Source: Verrucomicrobia bacterium ADurb.Bin006
Lineage (GTDB): Bacteria; Verrucomicrobiota; Verrucomicrobiia; Limisphaerales; J093
Direction of reading: 5' to 3'
Assembly: GCA_002071485.1 (NCBI GenBank)
Contig: MWFF01000132.1
Coordinates: 21,911-85,910 of the forward strand
DNA length: 64,000 nt
This document shows, in pieces, positions 16,929 to 28,400 of this stretch. Position numbers and translations under genes: made by a program. The stretch's first letter is position 1. Every line of letters begins with the position of its first letter. Below the pieces are notes generated by a model. The model had not been told where the DNA came from. It did not search any database and saw only the letters and a program-made list of their open reading frames with translations.

Positions 16929-18119
16929 ATGGGTCGTGGCCGAATCGGACTGTTTCTTCGAGCGATCGCCAAGTGGCTGGTGCCGCTAGCGGTCATTGTT
17001 TTTATTGTCGTTCGCGTCAAGTTTGCTCGAGTTCCGGTTCTTGCCCACGAGGTCAAGGCCGGTCCGATCGTCGCGGAAGTGATGGGCACAGGCACACTCG
17101 AAGCCAGGGTGAAGACAGTTATCAGTCCGCGCATCCAGGGGATTCTCTCCGAAGTCCTCGTTGATCAGAATGACCCGGTCGAGGCGGGCCAATTGCTGGC
17201 CCTGCTCGAGGACCAGGAATTGAAGCTGCAGGTCGACGTCGCCGAATCTGCCCTGGCCGCCGCCAGGGCATCCGCCCAGCGCGTGCGGGCCGACGAAGCG
17301 CGCGCGCAGGCGGTTGTCCACCAGGCGCAACTCGAACATCAGCGAATCGCCGGATTGCTTACGAACCGGATCAGTTCCCAGGCGGACTTCGACAAGGCGA
17401 TCGAGTTGCTGAATGTGGCCAGCGCCGATCTTCGCCGCTCGCAGGCCGCGATAGTCGAGGCGGACAGCCAGGTGCAGACTGCTGAGAAACAGCTCGCGCA
17501 CCAGAGGGAACTCCTCACCTACACTCGCATTGTCAGCCCCTATAACGGCCTGATTGTCCGGCGCGACCGCGATCCCGGCGGCGTCATCGTCCCCGGCGGT
17601 TCTCTGATGCAAGTGATATCGACCAACGAAATCTGGGTTTCGGCCTGGGTCGATGAGACCGCGATGGCCGGCCTCGCCCCCGGACAGCCAGCTCGGGTGG
17701 TGTTCCGATCCGAACCAGCCCGATCTTACCCCGGCGAAGTGGCGCGTCTGGGCCTCGAGGCCGACCGCGAGACACGGGAATTTGTTGTCGATGTGCGTGT
17801 GAACCGGCTTCCGCAGGTCTGGGCGGTGGGACAGCGTGCCGAGGTGTTCATCGAAACCGGGCGCAAGAGCGGGGTGTTGACGGTGCCGCCTCAGTTTGTC
17901 CAGTGGCGCAACAACCGGCCCGGGGTGTTCGTGAACGAGCGCGACGTCGCGGTTTGGCGGGATGTCACTACCGGGCTGCGCGGCCAGGCGGATATCGAGA
18001 TCGCGCAAGGTCTGTCGGAGGGCGAACAGGTGGTCGCCCCGCGCGATTTCCAGACGCAACTGCGCCCCGGCCAGCGCATTCGCGCAGGCGGATCGATCCA
18101 ATTGAAAGCCGCGCCGTGA
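16929..18119 (+). CDS. efflux transporter periplasmic adaptor subunit (HlyD/MacA-like)
   Basis: Internal ATG at 16929 of ORF 16533..18119. It has a TM anchor, then GTLEARVKTVISPRIQGILSEVLVDQNDPVEAGQLLALL (lipoyl-like), a long coiled coil and a beta-barrel region. Confidence 0.85.
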   Translation: MGRGRIGLFLRAIAKWLVPLAVIVFIVVRVKFARVPVLAHEVKAGPIVAEVMGTGTLEARVKTVISPRIQGILSEVLVDQNDPVEAGQLLALLEDQELKLQVDVAESALAAARASAQRVRADEARAQAVVHQAQLEHQRIAGLLTNRISSQADFDKAIELLNVASADLRRSQAAIVEADSQVQTAEKQLAHQRELLTYTRIVSPYNGLIVRRDRDPGGVIVPGGSLMQVISTNEIWVSAWVDETAMAGLAPGQPARVVFRSEPARSYPGEVARLGLEADRETREFVVDVRVNRLPQVWAVGQRAEVFIETGRKSGVLTVPPQFVQWRNNRPGVFVNERDVAVWRDVTTGLRGQADIEIAQGLSEGEQVVAPRDFQTQLRPGQRIRAGGSIQLKAAP

Positions 18120-18156
18120 GGCATTTCCTCCCGGCGCTTGAAATCCTGTCATCCCG

Positions 18157-19368
18157 GTGAACCTCGCCACCAAAGACATCCGCCACAACTTCGGGCGGTT
18201 CGCCCTCACGACAGTGGGTGTTGGTCTGCTGCTGATGATCGTGATGGGAATGGGCGGCATCTACAGGGGGTTGATCCGCGAGGCCACACTGTTGGTCGAC
18301 AGGATCGGGGGCGATTTCTGGGTGGTCCAAGGCAGCACGCGCGGCCCCTTTGCCGAGATTTCACGGGTGCCCCCCATTCTCGAAGACCGTGTGCGCGGGG
18401 TGCCGGGCGTGGCCAGCGCACGCCGCTTTGTTTCGCATACGATCCAGCGCGAATTCCGCGGGCGCCCTCTTCGCATTGTTGTGCAGGGACTGGCCTGGCC
18501 GGACGATCAGGGGGCGTGGCTGCCGTTGATAGCGGGCCGCCCGCTGGGCCAAGCGCACTTGGAAATGGTCGCCGACCGTTCGCTCGGCCTGCCGCTGGGC
18601 GAAAAGGTGAAACTGGGCAAAGATATCTACGAAGTCGTGGGGCTCACAAGCGGCATGGTCGGATCGGGCGGCGACGGCCTGGGTTTCTTCACTGTCAGCG
18701 ACGCCCAGAGCATCCAGTTCGATCTGCCTGGCGACGCGATTCGCCTGGATCGCCAAAGCCGTCGAGCCCGGGCGGAGGCGATGGATATGGGCCGGGTGCA
18801 ACCCCTCGTGCTCGAACGCAGTGCGGGCATGTCCGACGGCATACCGGCGCTGGGGCCGCCCATGGTCAGCGCCGTGCTGGTGGCGCTCGAACCCGGGGCC
18901 GATCCCCACGCCGTGGCCGCCACGATTGCCAGTTGGCCCGATGTGACTGTCTATTCAGAGCAGCAGCAAAAGGACCTGCTCCTGAGCGGTATGGTGGACA
19001 AGGCCAGACGCCAGTTGGGTCTGTTTCGCGCCCTGCTCATCATCATCTCGACCATCATCATGGCCCTGATCATCTATACCCTTACCCTCGACAAGGTCCA
19101 TGACATCGCCATGCTCAAGCTCATCGGCGCGCGGAACAGCGTCATTGTCAGTCTCATCCTTCAGCAGGCGTTGTTAATCGGCGCGCTCGGCTACGGCCTG
19201 GCCTACTGGTTCGGCACGTTCGCCTTCCCGCGCTTTCCCCGAATGGTGACGATCGAGGCGCCCGATCTCCTGCAACTCGCCGCAATTGTTCTGGGGATCT
19301 CGGTGCTCGCCAGTCTGCTCGGCATCTGGAAAGCCGTGCGCATCGAGCCCAACAAGGTCTTGTCATGA
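18157..19368 (+). CDS. ABC transporter permease, FtsX/MacB-like
   Basis: GTG start. LATKDIRHNFGRFALTTVGVGLLL, a large periplasmic loop, and C-terminal FtsX helices (LKLIGARNSVIVSLILQQALLIGALG). Confidence 0.85.
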   Translation: MNLATKDIRHNFGRFALTTVGVGLLLMIVMGMGGIYRGLIREATLLVDRIGGDFWVVQGSTRGPFAEISRVPPILEDRVRGVPGVASARRFVSHTIQREFRGRPLRIVVQGLAWPDDQGAWLPLIAGRPLGQAHLEMVADRSLGLPLGEKVKLGKDIYEVVGLTSGMVGSGGDGLGFFTVSDAQSIQFDLPGDAIRLDRQSRRARAEAMDMGRVQPLVLERSAGMSDGIPALGPPMVSAVLVALEPGADPHAVAATIASWPDVTVYSEQQQKDLLLSGMVDKARRQLGLFRALLIIISTIIMALIIYTLTLDKVHDIAMLKLIGARNSVIVSLILQQALLIGALGYGLAYWFGTFAFPRFPRMVTIEAPDLLQLAAIVLGISVLASLLGIWKAVRIEPNKVLS

Positions 19369-20093
19369 CGCAGACATCCGCGCAATCGACCGCTGCCCTG
19401 GAAGCCCTGAACCTCACGAAGGTCTACGGCACCGGCAACACCGAGGTCATCGCCATGAACGATGTCACCCTGCGCGTCGCCCGCGGCGAAATCGTCGCCT
19501 TGCTCGGCCCAAGTGGTGCCGGCAAGTCGACTCTACTGACCGCGCTCGGCCTGATCAATCCGCCCAACTCGGGTCGGATCGTCATCGGAGGCACACCGGT
19601 CATGGATGGGCCTCGCGCCCTTGTGGACCTGCCCGCTTTCAGACGTCGGCATCTGGGCTTTGTCTTTCAGAAGGCCAACCTCATCCCGTTCCTGAACGCC
19701 GTCGAGAACGTCCAGGTCGCCCTCGAAATCAACGACGTCCCGCCTCGCACGGCCAGACAGCGCGCCATGGAACTGCTCGATTACCTTGGTGTCGCCGACC
19801 GCGCCGACAACCTGCCCGACGCCCTCTCCGGCGGCCAGCAACAACGGGTCGCCGTCGCTCGTGCCCTGGCCAACCACCCCAGCCTCATCCTGGCCGACGA
19901 GCCCACGGCCGCGCTCGACAGCCATCGCGGTCGACAGGTCATGGAGTTGTTTCGCAAAGTCGCTCACGAACGGGCGGCGGCCGTCCTCGTCGTCACCCAC
20001 GACCACCGGTCCCTCGATGTCTTCGACCGCACGTGCGAGATGGAGGACGGGCGCCTGCGCGGCACGGTCGACACCTCGACTGCGATGGTGTGA
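19365..20093 (+). CDS. ABC transporter ATP-binding protein (MacB/LolD-like)
   Basis: Walker [10 protein letters not shown], signature [15 protein letters not shown], Walker [13 protein letters not shown]. The start overlaps the permease stop. Confidence 0.9.
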   Translation: MTQTSAQSTAALEALNLTKVYGTGNTEVIAMNDVTLRVARGEIVALLGPSGAGKSTLLTALGLINPPNSGRIVIGGTPVMDGPRALVDLPAFRRRHLGFVFQKANLIPFLNAVENVQVALEINDVPPRTARQRAMELLDYLGVADRADNLPDALSGGQQQRVAVARALANHPSLILADEPTAALDSHRGRQVMELFRKVAHERAAAVLVVTHDHRSLDVFDRTCEMEDGRLRGTVDTSTAMV

Positions 20094-20353
20094 TCTCTTT
20101 TTCCCGAGGCTCGATCTGGGAGGTTGTCCTCAAACGGGCTCTTTGGCTTGGGACAAACTGGGTCTCGCGCTCGAGCGCGGCGACGAACTGGCAGTGGCAG
20201 GTCCGCCGGCTCAACGATGCCCTGCTGCTCGTCGGTGAAAACGGCACGCTGCGCACCAGCTCCGACGGCGTCCACTAGACGGCGCAAGCCAACGACACCG
20301 CGGAGAAGCTCACCGATGCCGCTTATGTCGGAGACGCATGGTTTGTCGCCCCG

Positions 20354-20998
20354 TCAGCCGCCGCTCACCCCATCCTGCGGTGCAAGGATCGTGTAGTCCT
20401 GATCAAACAGCTCGCGCAGGGTCCGCGGTTGCGGAGCCCCCTCTGGCGGGGCCTCGGGCCGCGGAACAATCGCGAGACTGAGGATTCCCTGCTCCATCAG
20501 CCGCGCATACTCGGGACGAAACGAAGAAACCACGACGGTTTTGACACGCCGTTTCCTGAGCGCATCGAGGTCCGCATCGGCCAGGGGCGGGAAAGCGCAG
20601 AAGAGAACAAGAGCGCCGATGTCGGTGTGGGCCGCCAACGCCTCCGACAGCCGATCTGGAGGAACGCTGCCGCCGGTGGCCATCATCAGCATCGGCGTCG
20701 CTACAAACCGCTCGGTGACCTGGCTCAGCCCTCCATGCTTCTTCAGCGTCTGTTGGAATGCCGCCAATTCGGCTTCCACGGACGGATTCTTGTCGGCCCC
20801 GGTATCGCGGGCAATGACAAGCACCCGCCCCTTCGCTCCCATGAGCTTCGCCGTTTCCTCAGCGGTCACCGCGCCCAGCGCCTGGTAGGTGCCCAACTCG
20901 ATTTTAGGTGAACTCCCAACGAAAATCGGGCGCAGCCAAACGATAGCGGCACAGACGAGAAGGCCGGCAATCAGAATGTCTCGTGTTCGCTTGTTCAT
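20354..20998 (-). CDS. hypothetical membrane-anchored protein
   Basis: 214-aa ORF with an N-terminal anchor (ILIAGLLVCAAIVWL) and coding-like composition. I recognise no family. Confidence 0.55.
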   Translation of the reverse strand: MNKRTRDILIAGLLVCAAIVWLRPIFVGSSPKIELGTYQALGAVTAEETAKLMGAKGRVLVIARDTGADKNPSVEAELAAFQQTLKKHGGLSQVTERFVATPMLMMATGGSVPPDRLSEALAAHTDIGALVLFCAFPPLADADLDALRKRRVKTVVVSSFRPEYARLMEQGILSLAIVPRPEAPPEGAPQPRTLRELFDQDYTILAPQDGVSGG

Positions 20999-21129
20999 GT
21001 CAGGGTCCGCCTAACCCGCATCGGTAGTTCTTTTCGGTGTTCCGGCTTCCCGATGTCTAAAAGTAGTCAGGAATGCCGGCTAGCAGGACATTTCCCAGCG
21101 CGACTCAAGCCCCGCTGAAAGCCTGCGGG

Positions 21130-21948
21130 CTAATCCGAGGCAAAGGACCACATCCAACGGTCATCATACAGATTGTTGCCGCCCAGCCAGGACATGCCTG
21201 TAGCCGACTGGCCGCCGGCCGCCCGCCCTGGGAAAAACTGAAGGCCGAGCGCGCTGACTCGAAGCGCCTCCCCGTGGCCGTCGGCGAACCCGGCCATGCA
21301 GCGCTTGAGATGGCGTCCGACCGGACGCTGCGGATCGTCGTCGTAATACCCTCGATTGGTCGGCACGCGCCAATACAGGGATTGCTGTTTCGAGACCTCG
21401 ACCCAATTGTCCGGATCGCGCTCACGCGGGTTGGCAATCAGGCCCGAGTCGACAAACGGCGTTTTCTTGACCGGATTCTTCATCGCAGAGAGCTTTGGCA
21501 TCCACTCCGTCGACCACGCCGAAAGCTCGGGATGACTCAGCGAGACCCCCAGACCTCCCGGACCGCCGGCAGTGCCCGCAACACCTCCCCTGATGCTGGG
21601 GCACACCGTCACGTTTGTCCCCTGCAAGTAAGGGCGCAAGATGTCCACCCACCAGGTCACACCCCCCGGATAAAACGCCCCGCTCGGCGCCGTCTGAAAC
21701 AAATACAGCGTCACCACGTCGTCGTTGTGATCATCCGCGTAAAGAAAATAGCCCAGGCACATCTGCCGCACGTTGCTCAAACAGCGGATCGATTTGCCCT
21801 TCTCCTTGGCCCGGGACAACGCAGGCAACAGCATGCCCGCCAGAATCGCAATGATCGCAATAACGACCAGCAGTTCGATCAGAGTGAAACCAGACCGGCA
21901 CTCACGCCGGGAAAGTGGTTGTGGCCACTGCAACATATGCGTCTTCAT
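21130..21948 (-). CDS. prepilin-type N-terminal cleavage/methylation domain protein with H-X9-DG motif (DUF1559-like)
   Basis: [25 protein letters not shown] prepilin motif, plus a C-terminal H-X9-DG motif ([13 protein letters not shown]). The ATG at 21948 is preferred over the TTG at 21963. Confidence 0.85.
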   Translation of the reverse strand: MKTHMLQWPQPLSRRECRSGFTLIELLVVIAIIAILAGMLLPALSRAKEKGKSIRCLSNVRQMCLGYFLYADDHNDDVVTLYLFQTAPSGAFYPGGVTWWVDILRPYLQGTNVTVCPSIRGGVAGTAGGPGGLGVSLSHPELSAWSTEWMPKLSAMKNPVKKTPFVDSGLIANPRERDPDNWVEVSKQQSLYWRVPTNRGYYDDDPQRPVGRHLKRCMAGFADGHGEALRVSALGLQFFPGRAAGGQSATGMSWLGGNNLYDDRWMWSFASD

Positions 21949-22408
21949 AATTCGTTCGACCAACGCGCGCCCGACATGGCATGGAAGCTTCCGATAAGCG
22001 TCAGGATACCAGCCTCACGCGCCTCGAGCCAACAAAAACCGCGATGGAAAACGAGCCAAATAGTCCTTGAACCGCGCATGTTTTCAAGGAGAGTCCACGG
22101 TGCTTCAGTGAAATCCGGAATGAGATCAACTGCAACGGATTGAATCACATGAACACCACATGAACATCACCAGAACTGCATCGGAACTCCTGGTGGCCCT
22201 TGGACTTCTCGGTGCGAGTGAAGCCACGAAGTATTTCCGCATTCGTGAACTGTTGTAGCCGCGCGCTGACGCTTCGCAGACCACTGGGATGGGCACCGCC
22301 CCCGAACAACCAATCCACATCCGCACCCTTGCGCGCAACGGGCGAGTCAAGGCGCTGGCTCGAGCGATCCTCGGCTGGTTCAGGAGCAAAGTGGACCAGT
22401 CGACGCCA

Positions 22409-23746
22409 ATGGAGAGGCCGACCGCAATGCACAGTCGACGCCTGCATCGCGGGCTGCACGTCATCGCAGGCGCTCTGTTGGCGGGATTGGGTCTGGTGCC
22501 GACCTGCTTTCTCGAACTGGCGGGCTGCTGGCTGTCGTTGAGGGACCCGCTGGTCGAGAGCGGGTGCATTGTCATCCTGTTGGGTTGGGTGACTTATCGT
22601 CCGTCCATTGCCCGCGCCTCGGCGGGGCTGGCCCTGGGAATCAGTCTCTCCGTTCTTGGGTTGGGGGCTGCCGAATGCCTGAGCCGCTGGACCCGATGGG
22701 ATTTTCGCAAAACCGAAGCGACCTTGCGCCGGCTGCCTCCTTATTATCGGAAACCCACGGTCCTGACGGGCGATGTCTTCTTCCGCCGTCCCGGACCCGA
22801 GCGGTGGAAAGGACGGGTGATCGAGCACACGCTGCGGGAGTTGGGCATCGGGGAGGATCTTTACGCCGATGAACTCGAGGTCACGGTGCACTACGATGCG
22901 CAGGGCTTCCGTAACCCCACGGGATTGACGGATTGGGACATAGCGGTCGCCGGCGACTCCTTCACGGAGCTGGGTTTCCTGCCGGAGGATCTGCTGTTCA
23001 CGAGTTTGCTGAGCCGGCGGTTGGGCTTGCGGGTGAAAAATCTCGGCGTGAGCCATACCGGTCCGTTGACCCAACTGCACTACCTCGAGACGTATGGCTT
23101 GGGCCCCTCGACCCGTCGGGTGGCGATCATGTTTTTCGAGGGAAACGACCTCCAGGATCTCGAAGTCGAGTCGCATCGGCTGCGATGGTTCCAGCAAACC
23201 GGAAAGCGTCCTTCCGCACAACCCAAGCCCCAATGCTCATTGCTCCGCGCCATCTGCGACCTGATCCTGCGCCCCGTCCCGCCCGCCGCCCCCGACGCCG
23301 CCCCCGCCCCCGACGCATACCTCGATGTGGCCGGGAAACGCATCGCTGTCGACTTCGGCAGCGTGCCGGTCGCCGCGTCGGATGTGAATCCGAAGCTGCG
23401 CGAAGCGCTGGATGACTTTCTCGCCCGCTACGGCACCTGGGCTCGCGAGCGCGGGCTCGAAGCCTGGTTGTTCTATCTGCCCGCTCCGCTCCGAGTCTGG
23501 CATGGCCGGCTCGATTTCACCGAGCAGGCTCCGGAGCAAGTCCGGCTCTGGCAGCCCACCGATCTGCCCGACCATCTGGAACAACTCGTCCAGGCGCACG
23601 GGCTGCGGTTCTGCGATCTGACGCCGGCGCTCATCGAGGCGACGCACACGCGTGAGGTCCTCCTTTTCAACCCGCGTTTCGACACGCATCTCAATGCGAC
23701 GGGGTCCGCCGTGGTGGCGGAGGCGATGGCGCGCGCGTTCGAGTAG
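22409..23746 (+). CDS. membrane-anchored SGNH/AlgX-AlgJ-like hydrolase or acyltransferase family protein (tentative)
   Basis: N-terminal TM segments, then DIAVAGDSFTELGF (GDS block of the SGNH fold) and MFFEGNDLQDL. The start is uncertain (the ORF opens at 22289). Confidence 0.55.
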   Translation: MERPTAMHSRRLHRGLHVIAGALLAGLGLVPTCFLELAGCWLSLRDPLVESGCIVILLGWVTYRPSIARASAGLALGISLSVLGLGAAECLSRWTRWDFRKTEATLRRLPPYYRKPTVLTGDVFFRRPGPERWKGRVIEHTLRELGIGEDLYADELEVTVHYDAQGFRNPTGLTDWDIAVAGDSFTELGFLPEDLLFTSLLSRRLGLRVKNLGVSHTGPLTQLHYLETYGLGPSTRRVAIMFFEGNDLQDLEVESHRLRWFQQTGKRPSAQPKPQCSLLRAICDLILRPVPPAAPDAAPAPDAYLDVAGKRIAVDFGSVPVAASDVNPKLREALDDFLARYGTWARERGLEAWLFYLPAPLRVWHGRLDFTEQAPEQVRLWQPTDLPDHLEQLVQAHGLRFCDLTPALIEATHTREVLLFNPRFDTHLNATGSAVVAEAMARAFE

Positions 23747-23840
23747 GTTCAACTTTCATTCACGTCTATGTTTGACCTGTGAATCCAACGACATACACTC
23801 GGCGCAAACAGACCATAACCTTCGAGTGGAAGATAAAGCC

Positions 23841-25175
23841 ATGAATCCGCCTTCGCCGTCCCGCCGCAGCTTTCTGAAAACCGCCTCCGTCCTCGCCACG
23901 GCTGTCACCGTCGTGCCCCGTCATGTGCTGGGGCAAGGTCAAATTCCCCCTTCACAGAAACTCAACATCGCCGGGATCGGTGTTGGAGGAATGGGAGCGG
24001 GCGACGTGGCCTCGTGCGCCCAGGCGGGGGAGAACATCGTGGCGCTGTGCGATCCGGACGCGAACGCGCTGGCCGCAACCGCCAAGAAATACCCGCAGGC
24101 TAAGCTCTACAGCGACTTCCGCAAGATGCTCGAGACGCAGAAAGACATTGACGCCGTGACGATCGCCACGCCCGACCACGTGCATGCCGTCGCCGCCTCC
24201 ATGGCGATGAAGCTGGGCAAACATGTCCATTGCCAGAAGCCGCTGACCCACAGCGTCTATGAAGCCCGTATGCTCGGTCGGATCGCCCGCGAAACCAAGG
24301 TCGCAACCCAAATGGGCAATTTCGGCCAGGCCAGCGAAGAGGCCCGCCGCGTCGCCGAGATGATCTGGGCCGGCGCCATCGGCACGCTCAAGGAGGTCCA
24401 CGCCTGGTCCAATCGGAATCCGGACATCTCGCCGCGCGGCGTGCCGCGCCCCAAGGAAACCCCGCCCTGCCCTGCGCACCTCGATTGGGATCTCTGGATC
24501 GGCCCCGCTCCCATGCGGCCCTATCATCCCTGCTATCACCCGTTTGCATGGCGTGGCTGGTGGGATTTCGGCACAGGCGTGCTCGGCGACATCGGCTGCC
24601 ACGAACTCTCCGCCATCTTCAAGGCCATGAAAATTGGCGACCCGGTCAGCGTCGAGGCCTGCTCGACCAACTGGCAGCGGCCCAAGGAGATCAGCACCGA
24701 AACCGCGCCGCTCGCTTCCATCACCCATTACAAATTCGCAGCCAGCGACACGCACGGACCCCTGAGCATCTTCTGGTATGACGGAGGCATGCGCCCGCCC
24801 CGGCCCGAAGAACTGGATCCCGACGCCGAGTTCGCGGTGAACGACGGCACCATGTACGTGGGCGACAAGGGAATCATGCTGCGCGACCGCCTGATCCCCG
24901 AAAGCAAGCGCCAGGAGTTCGGACGTCCGCCCCAGAAGCTCCCGCGCTCCGTCGGGCATTGGAAGGAGTTCCTCGATGCGTGTCGGGGCGGCCAACCGGC
25001 GGGCTCCAACTTGGCCGATCACGCTGCCCATCTCACCGAGGTCGTTCTCCTGGGAAACATCGCCATCCGCATGAACCAGAAACTCGAATGGGACGCCGTG
25101 AACATGCGCTTCCCGCATTGCCCGGAGGCGGATCAGTTCATCAATCCACCGTACCGTCCGGGCTATGCGCTTTAG
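23841..25175 (+). CDS. Gfo/Idh/MocA-family oxidoreductase with twin-arginine (TAT) signal
   Basis: Internal ATG at 23841 of ORF 23652..25175. SRRSFLKTASVLATAV TAT motif, IAGIGVGGMG Rossmann motif, and VTIATPDHVHA / VHCQKPL. Confidence 0.85.
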   Translation: MNPPSPSRRSFLKTASVLATAVTVVPRHVLGQGQIPPSQKLNIAGIGVGGMGAGDVASCAQAGENIVALCDPDANALAATAKKYPQAKLYSDFRKMLETQKDIDAVTIATPDHVHAVAASMAMKLGKHVHCQKPLTHSVYEARMLGRIARETKVATQMGNFGQASEEARRVAEMIWAGAIGTLKEVHAWSNRNPDISPRGVPRPKETPPCPAHLDWDLWIGPAPMRPYHPCYHPFAWRGWWDFGTGVLGDIGCHELSAIFKAMKIGDPVSVEACSTNWQRPKEISTETAPLASITHYKFAASDTHGPLSIFWYDGGMRPPRPEELDPDAEFAVNDGTMYVGDKGIMLRDRLIPESKRQEFGRPPQKLPRSVGHWKEFLDACRGGQPAGSNLADHAAHLTEVVLLGNIAIRMNQKLEWDAVNMRFPHCPEADQFINPPYRPGYAL

Positions 25176-25440
25176 AGTCACTCCCCAGATGAAATCTGTG
25201 GCAAATGAGTGAAGTTTTGGCGCCAAAGGCAGGCCGGCAACCCCATTTTACGAAAACCCCGATCATCGCCCTGGATGCTTGACACTGACTGGAATACACC
25301 ACGAAGAACCGAAGAACCTCAAGCGGCACAGCCGCAACCGAAGCTCGGAGAGACGAGCTCCGCGAGTCCTCGATCCGAGGCCGGTGCGTTTCCCCAACAG
25401 GGCCTCTTCCGCGGCCGCGCATCCGCGTCAACCTATGCCT

Positions 25441-28400
25441 CTACGGGAATACCACGCGGTAGAATTTCTGCGGCGCGGTCGCTGTGACGCTGTAGCTGTT
25501 CTGTGGAATGCCCGCCACGTCGGCCCACGGGCCATTGACCTGGGATGCCTCCTGCAGCCGGCCCTGGCCCGTCCATGTCAGGTTGACCGTGTTCCCGCTC
25601 AGGGTCGGCGGCGCGAACTTCGCGGGAGGCATGGTGTCGGGAAGTCGTCCGATATCGACGTAGCAGATCTTGTTGTTGACGGCAGTCGGACCGTTGCTTA
25701 GCGAGAGTCGGCCATCGGCCACCACCACGATGGCCGTGTTCTCGAACCAGCGCACAGTGGCGGTCGCTTGCCCAGAGATAATCGTCACGCCCTCGGCTTG
25801 AATGTCAAACGTGCTGTCGTAGTTGTCCGATTCGCCTACGACAACGTGGACGCTGTAGTTGCCATTGGGCAACTCGATCTCCCAGACGCGCCCGGCCGGC
25901 AGGTCTTTCTGCAAGTGGTTGAATGTGTCGTACCGTTCGTCAGGCGAGATGACGTTGTTGCGATTGCGCGCATGTGCCGAGTTGTCGGCATCCCACCCGT
26001 AGCTGTAACCGTTCCCCTGATCCCCAAACACCTGGCCGACGTCCATCAGATAGCCAACCGGGGTCTCAGCGGTGCCATCCTGGAAGTTCACACTGATGAC
26101 TGTGCCGACAATCACCTCGACCGGCTGCGATACGCTGACTTGACCGTTGGCCGCGGTGGCGCTGGCCGTCAACCGGTACCGGCCTGCCGGGACGTTGTTC
26201 CAAACGAAGTTGTAAGGCGCGGCAAGCGTTTCGCCCAGTTTGCCCGCTACTGCTTCGAAAAACTCGACTCTGGTCACCGCACTGTCTCTCACCGAAGCAG
26301 TCGCTGCGATCGCAATGCTTGCCGGCGTCGTGGGATACGTTGCCTCGGGCACTGGGCTCGTGATCTCGACCACCGGCACGAAACTGTGCGTCGACGTCGC
26401 ACGCACCACCACGCCGTACATGTTCCGCCCCGCGTTATCCGCGGTATAGAGCGACACGGTGCCGGCCGGCACCTCGCGCACATAGACCGACGAGTAGCTG
26501 TCCACCCCCGCGCCCGCCCCAATCCCGTCGCCGCTCTCATCGACGCCCACTTCGTCTGGAAGCGCCGGCGAGAGAAGGCGGTTGTGTCCGGTCCGAACCG
26601 GGACCCAGCCCTCGGCTTCGAACCACGACATCAGGCCGGTGGTGAACTCGGGTGGATTCGCCGCGTTCGAGTCGCCAAGGCGATTGTCCACCAGCACGTA
26701 GACAAGTGCCGGCGCCGCGACTGTGACATCAAGCTGGAAGCCGCCATTGTCCCGATTGTCGTTGCGGATCATGATGTAGTCCCCGCCCACGAGGTAGGAT
26801 GGCAGCGGAAGGATCGCCGCCGCACCGTTCCACTGGTGCACCCGGTCGCGGTAAGCGGGGACGTCTTCCCGGAACGTCGGGACTGTGATCGTGCCCAGGT
26901 TGGGATGATTGAAGGTCTGGCCGGTGAATTGCGCCGGGGTGAACTCCGAATCATCTCCTCCCGCCTCGACCACGCTCGTGATCACAGGCGCATAAGGCCG
27001 GGTCGTGAACGTCCAGTCCAGGGCGCCCGCCGTTCCTCCCGCATCGGTGAACGCGACACGAACGGAGAACGCGGCGCCGATGGCGAGGGCCCCGGGCGGG
27101 TCATAGGTCACCTGCACGCCATCGGTCGTCGCCGTCACGGAGGCCGCGCTGGTGACTTCTTCCCCGTTGACCGTGAGCGTCACATTGCCTGGCGGCACCG
27201 GGGTCGAACCGTTCACAATCGTGGCGGCGACGACGCTCTCCTGGGCGACATCCGCCGCGTTCATGGCCGGGACGACTTCACTGACATGCGGCAGGCGCGC
27301 GGGTCCTTCGACCGGGACGAGCATGAGGAAATTCAACTGTGAGCTGGGACTTGATGATTCCAGAGCGGTCAGCCGGAGCGTGGTCAGACCGCCAAGTGCC
27401 AACGTGACCGGCTGACCGGCAGCATCGGAAAGGGGAACATAGGTGTACGGGGTGTTGGGCACCGCAAAGACGCCCAGGGGAGAACGGCCTTGGGTGGCGG
27501 AACCCGGATCGCCCGTGACACGGTCCAGGCGAATGGTCTGGGCGCGTCCGGCGGATGCGCGCAGGTACACCCGGTAAGTGTTGTTGTCCAATGTTCGCGT
27601 GTAGTTCATCCAATCGCCCGCGACAAAACCGGTCACGTGATAGTCGGTGGCCTCCACGGACGTAAACCGCGCGCGCAAACCGTCCGTGGAAACCCTCAAC
27701 CCAACGAAATCGGCCGTGCGGTATTCGGTCGCCGCAGTCGTCGTGTTGTTGTCGTGGTAGTCGACGTCCGGCGTGCCGGTCAGACCCGCGTAGCCGGCCG
27801 GCGGCGCTGCCGCCATGCTCATGCCGCCGCCGTAGTTGTAATCCTCGGCTTCGATCAGAGTTGCGGCGGTATCGCTGAACGTGTCAAAGCTCAGATCGGC
27901 GCTCGCGGAGCGGCCCGCTTGGTCTGACACCGTGATGTGCGCCACGTAGACCGTGTTTGCCACGAGACCTTTGAATTCCACCGTGCGATCCGCTGATGTG
28001 CCGCCCACGACCAACTGTGAGGAGACATCAGCCCCGTTCAAGACAAGCCGCAGATTCTGCGGATCGAGCCGATTGGGCGCAACCGTCGAGGCCTTGAAAC
28101 TAAGGCCGCCCGATGCGCCATAGAACAACGTCTGGTTCACTGGCTTGAGATCGGTGATGACCGGCGGATTGCTGATCGAGGTCGGCAGACCTTTGACCAC
28201 CACACCGTACATGTTCCGCCCCTCGCCGAACTCGAAGGTCGAAAACGTGCCGGCCTCGACCTGCTTGAAATAGACCGAGGCCCACTGGTCGACGGTCCCA
28301 TTGGCATTCTCGTCGTAGCCCACTTCGTCAGGGAAGAACGGGTCGCCCGCCCGGTTCAGTCCGTTGACAACCGGCGTGAATCCCTCGGCGCCGACCCAAG

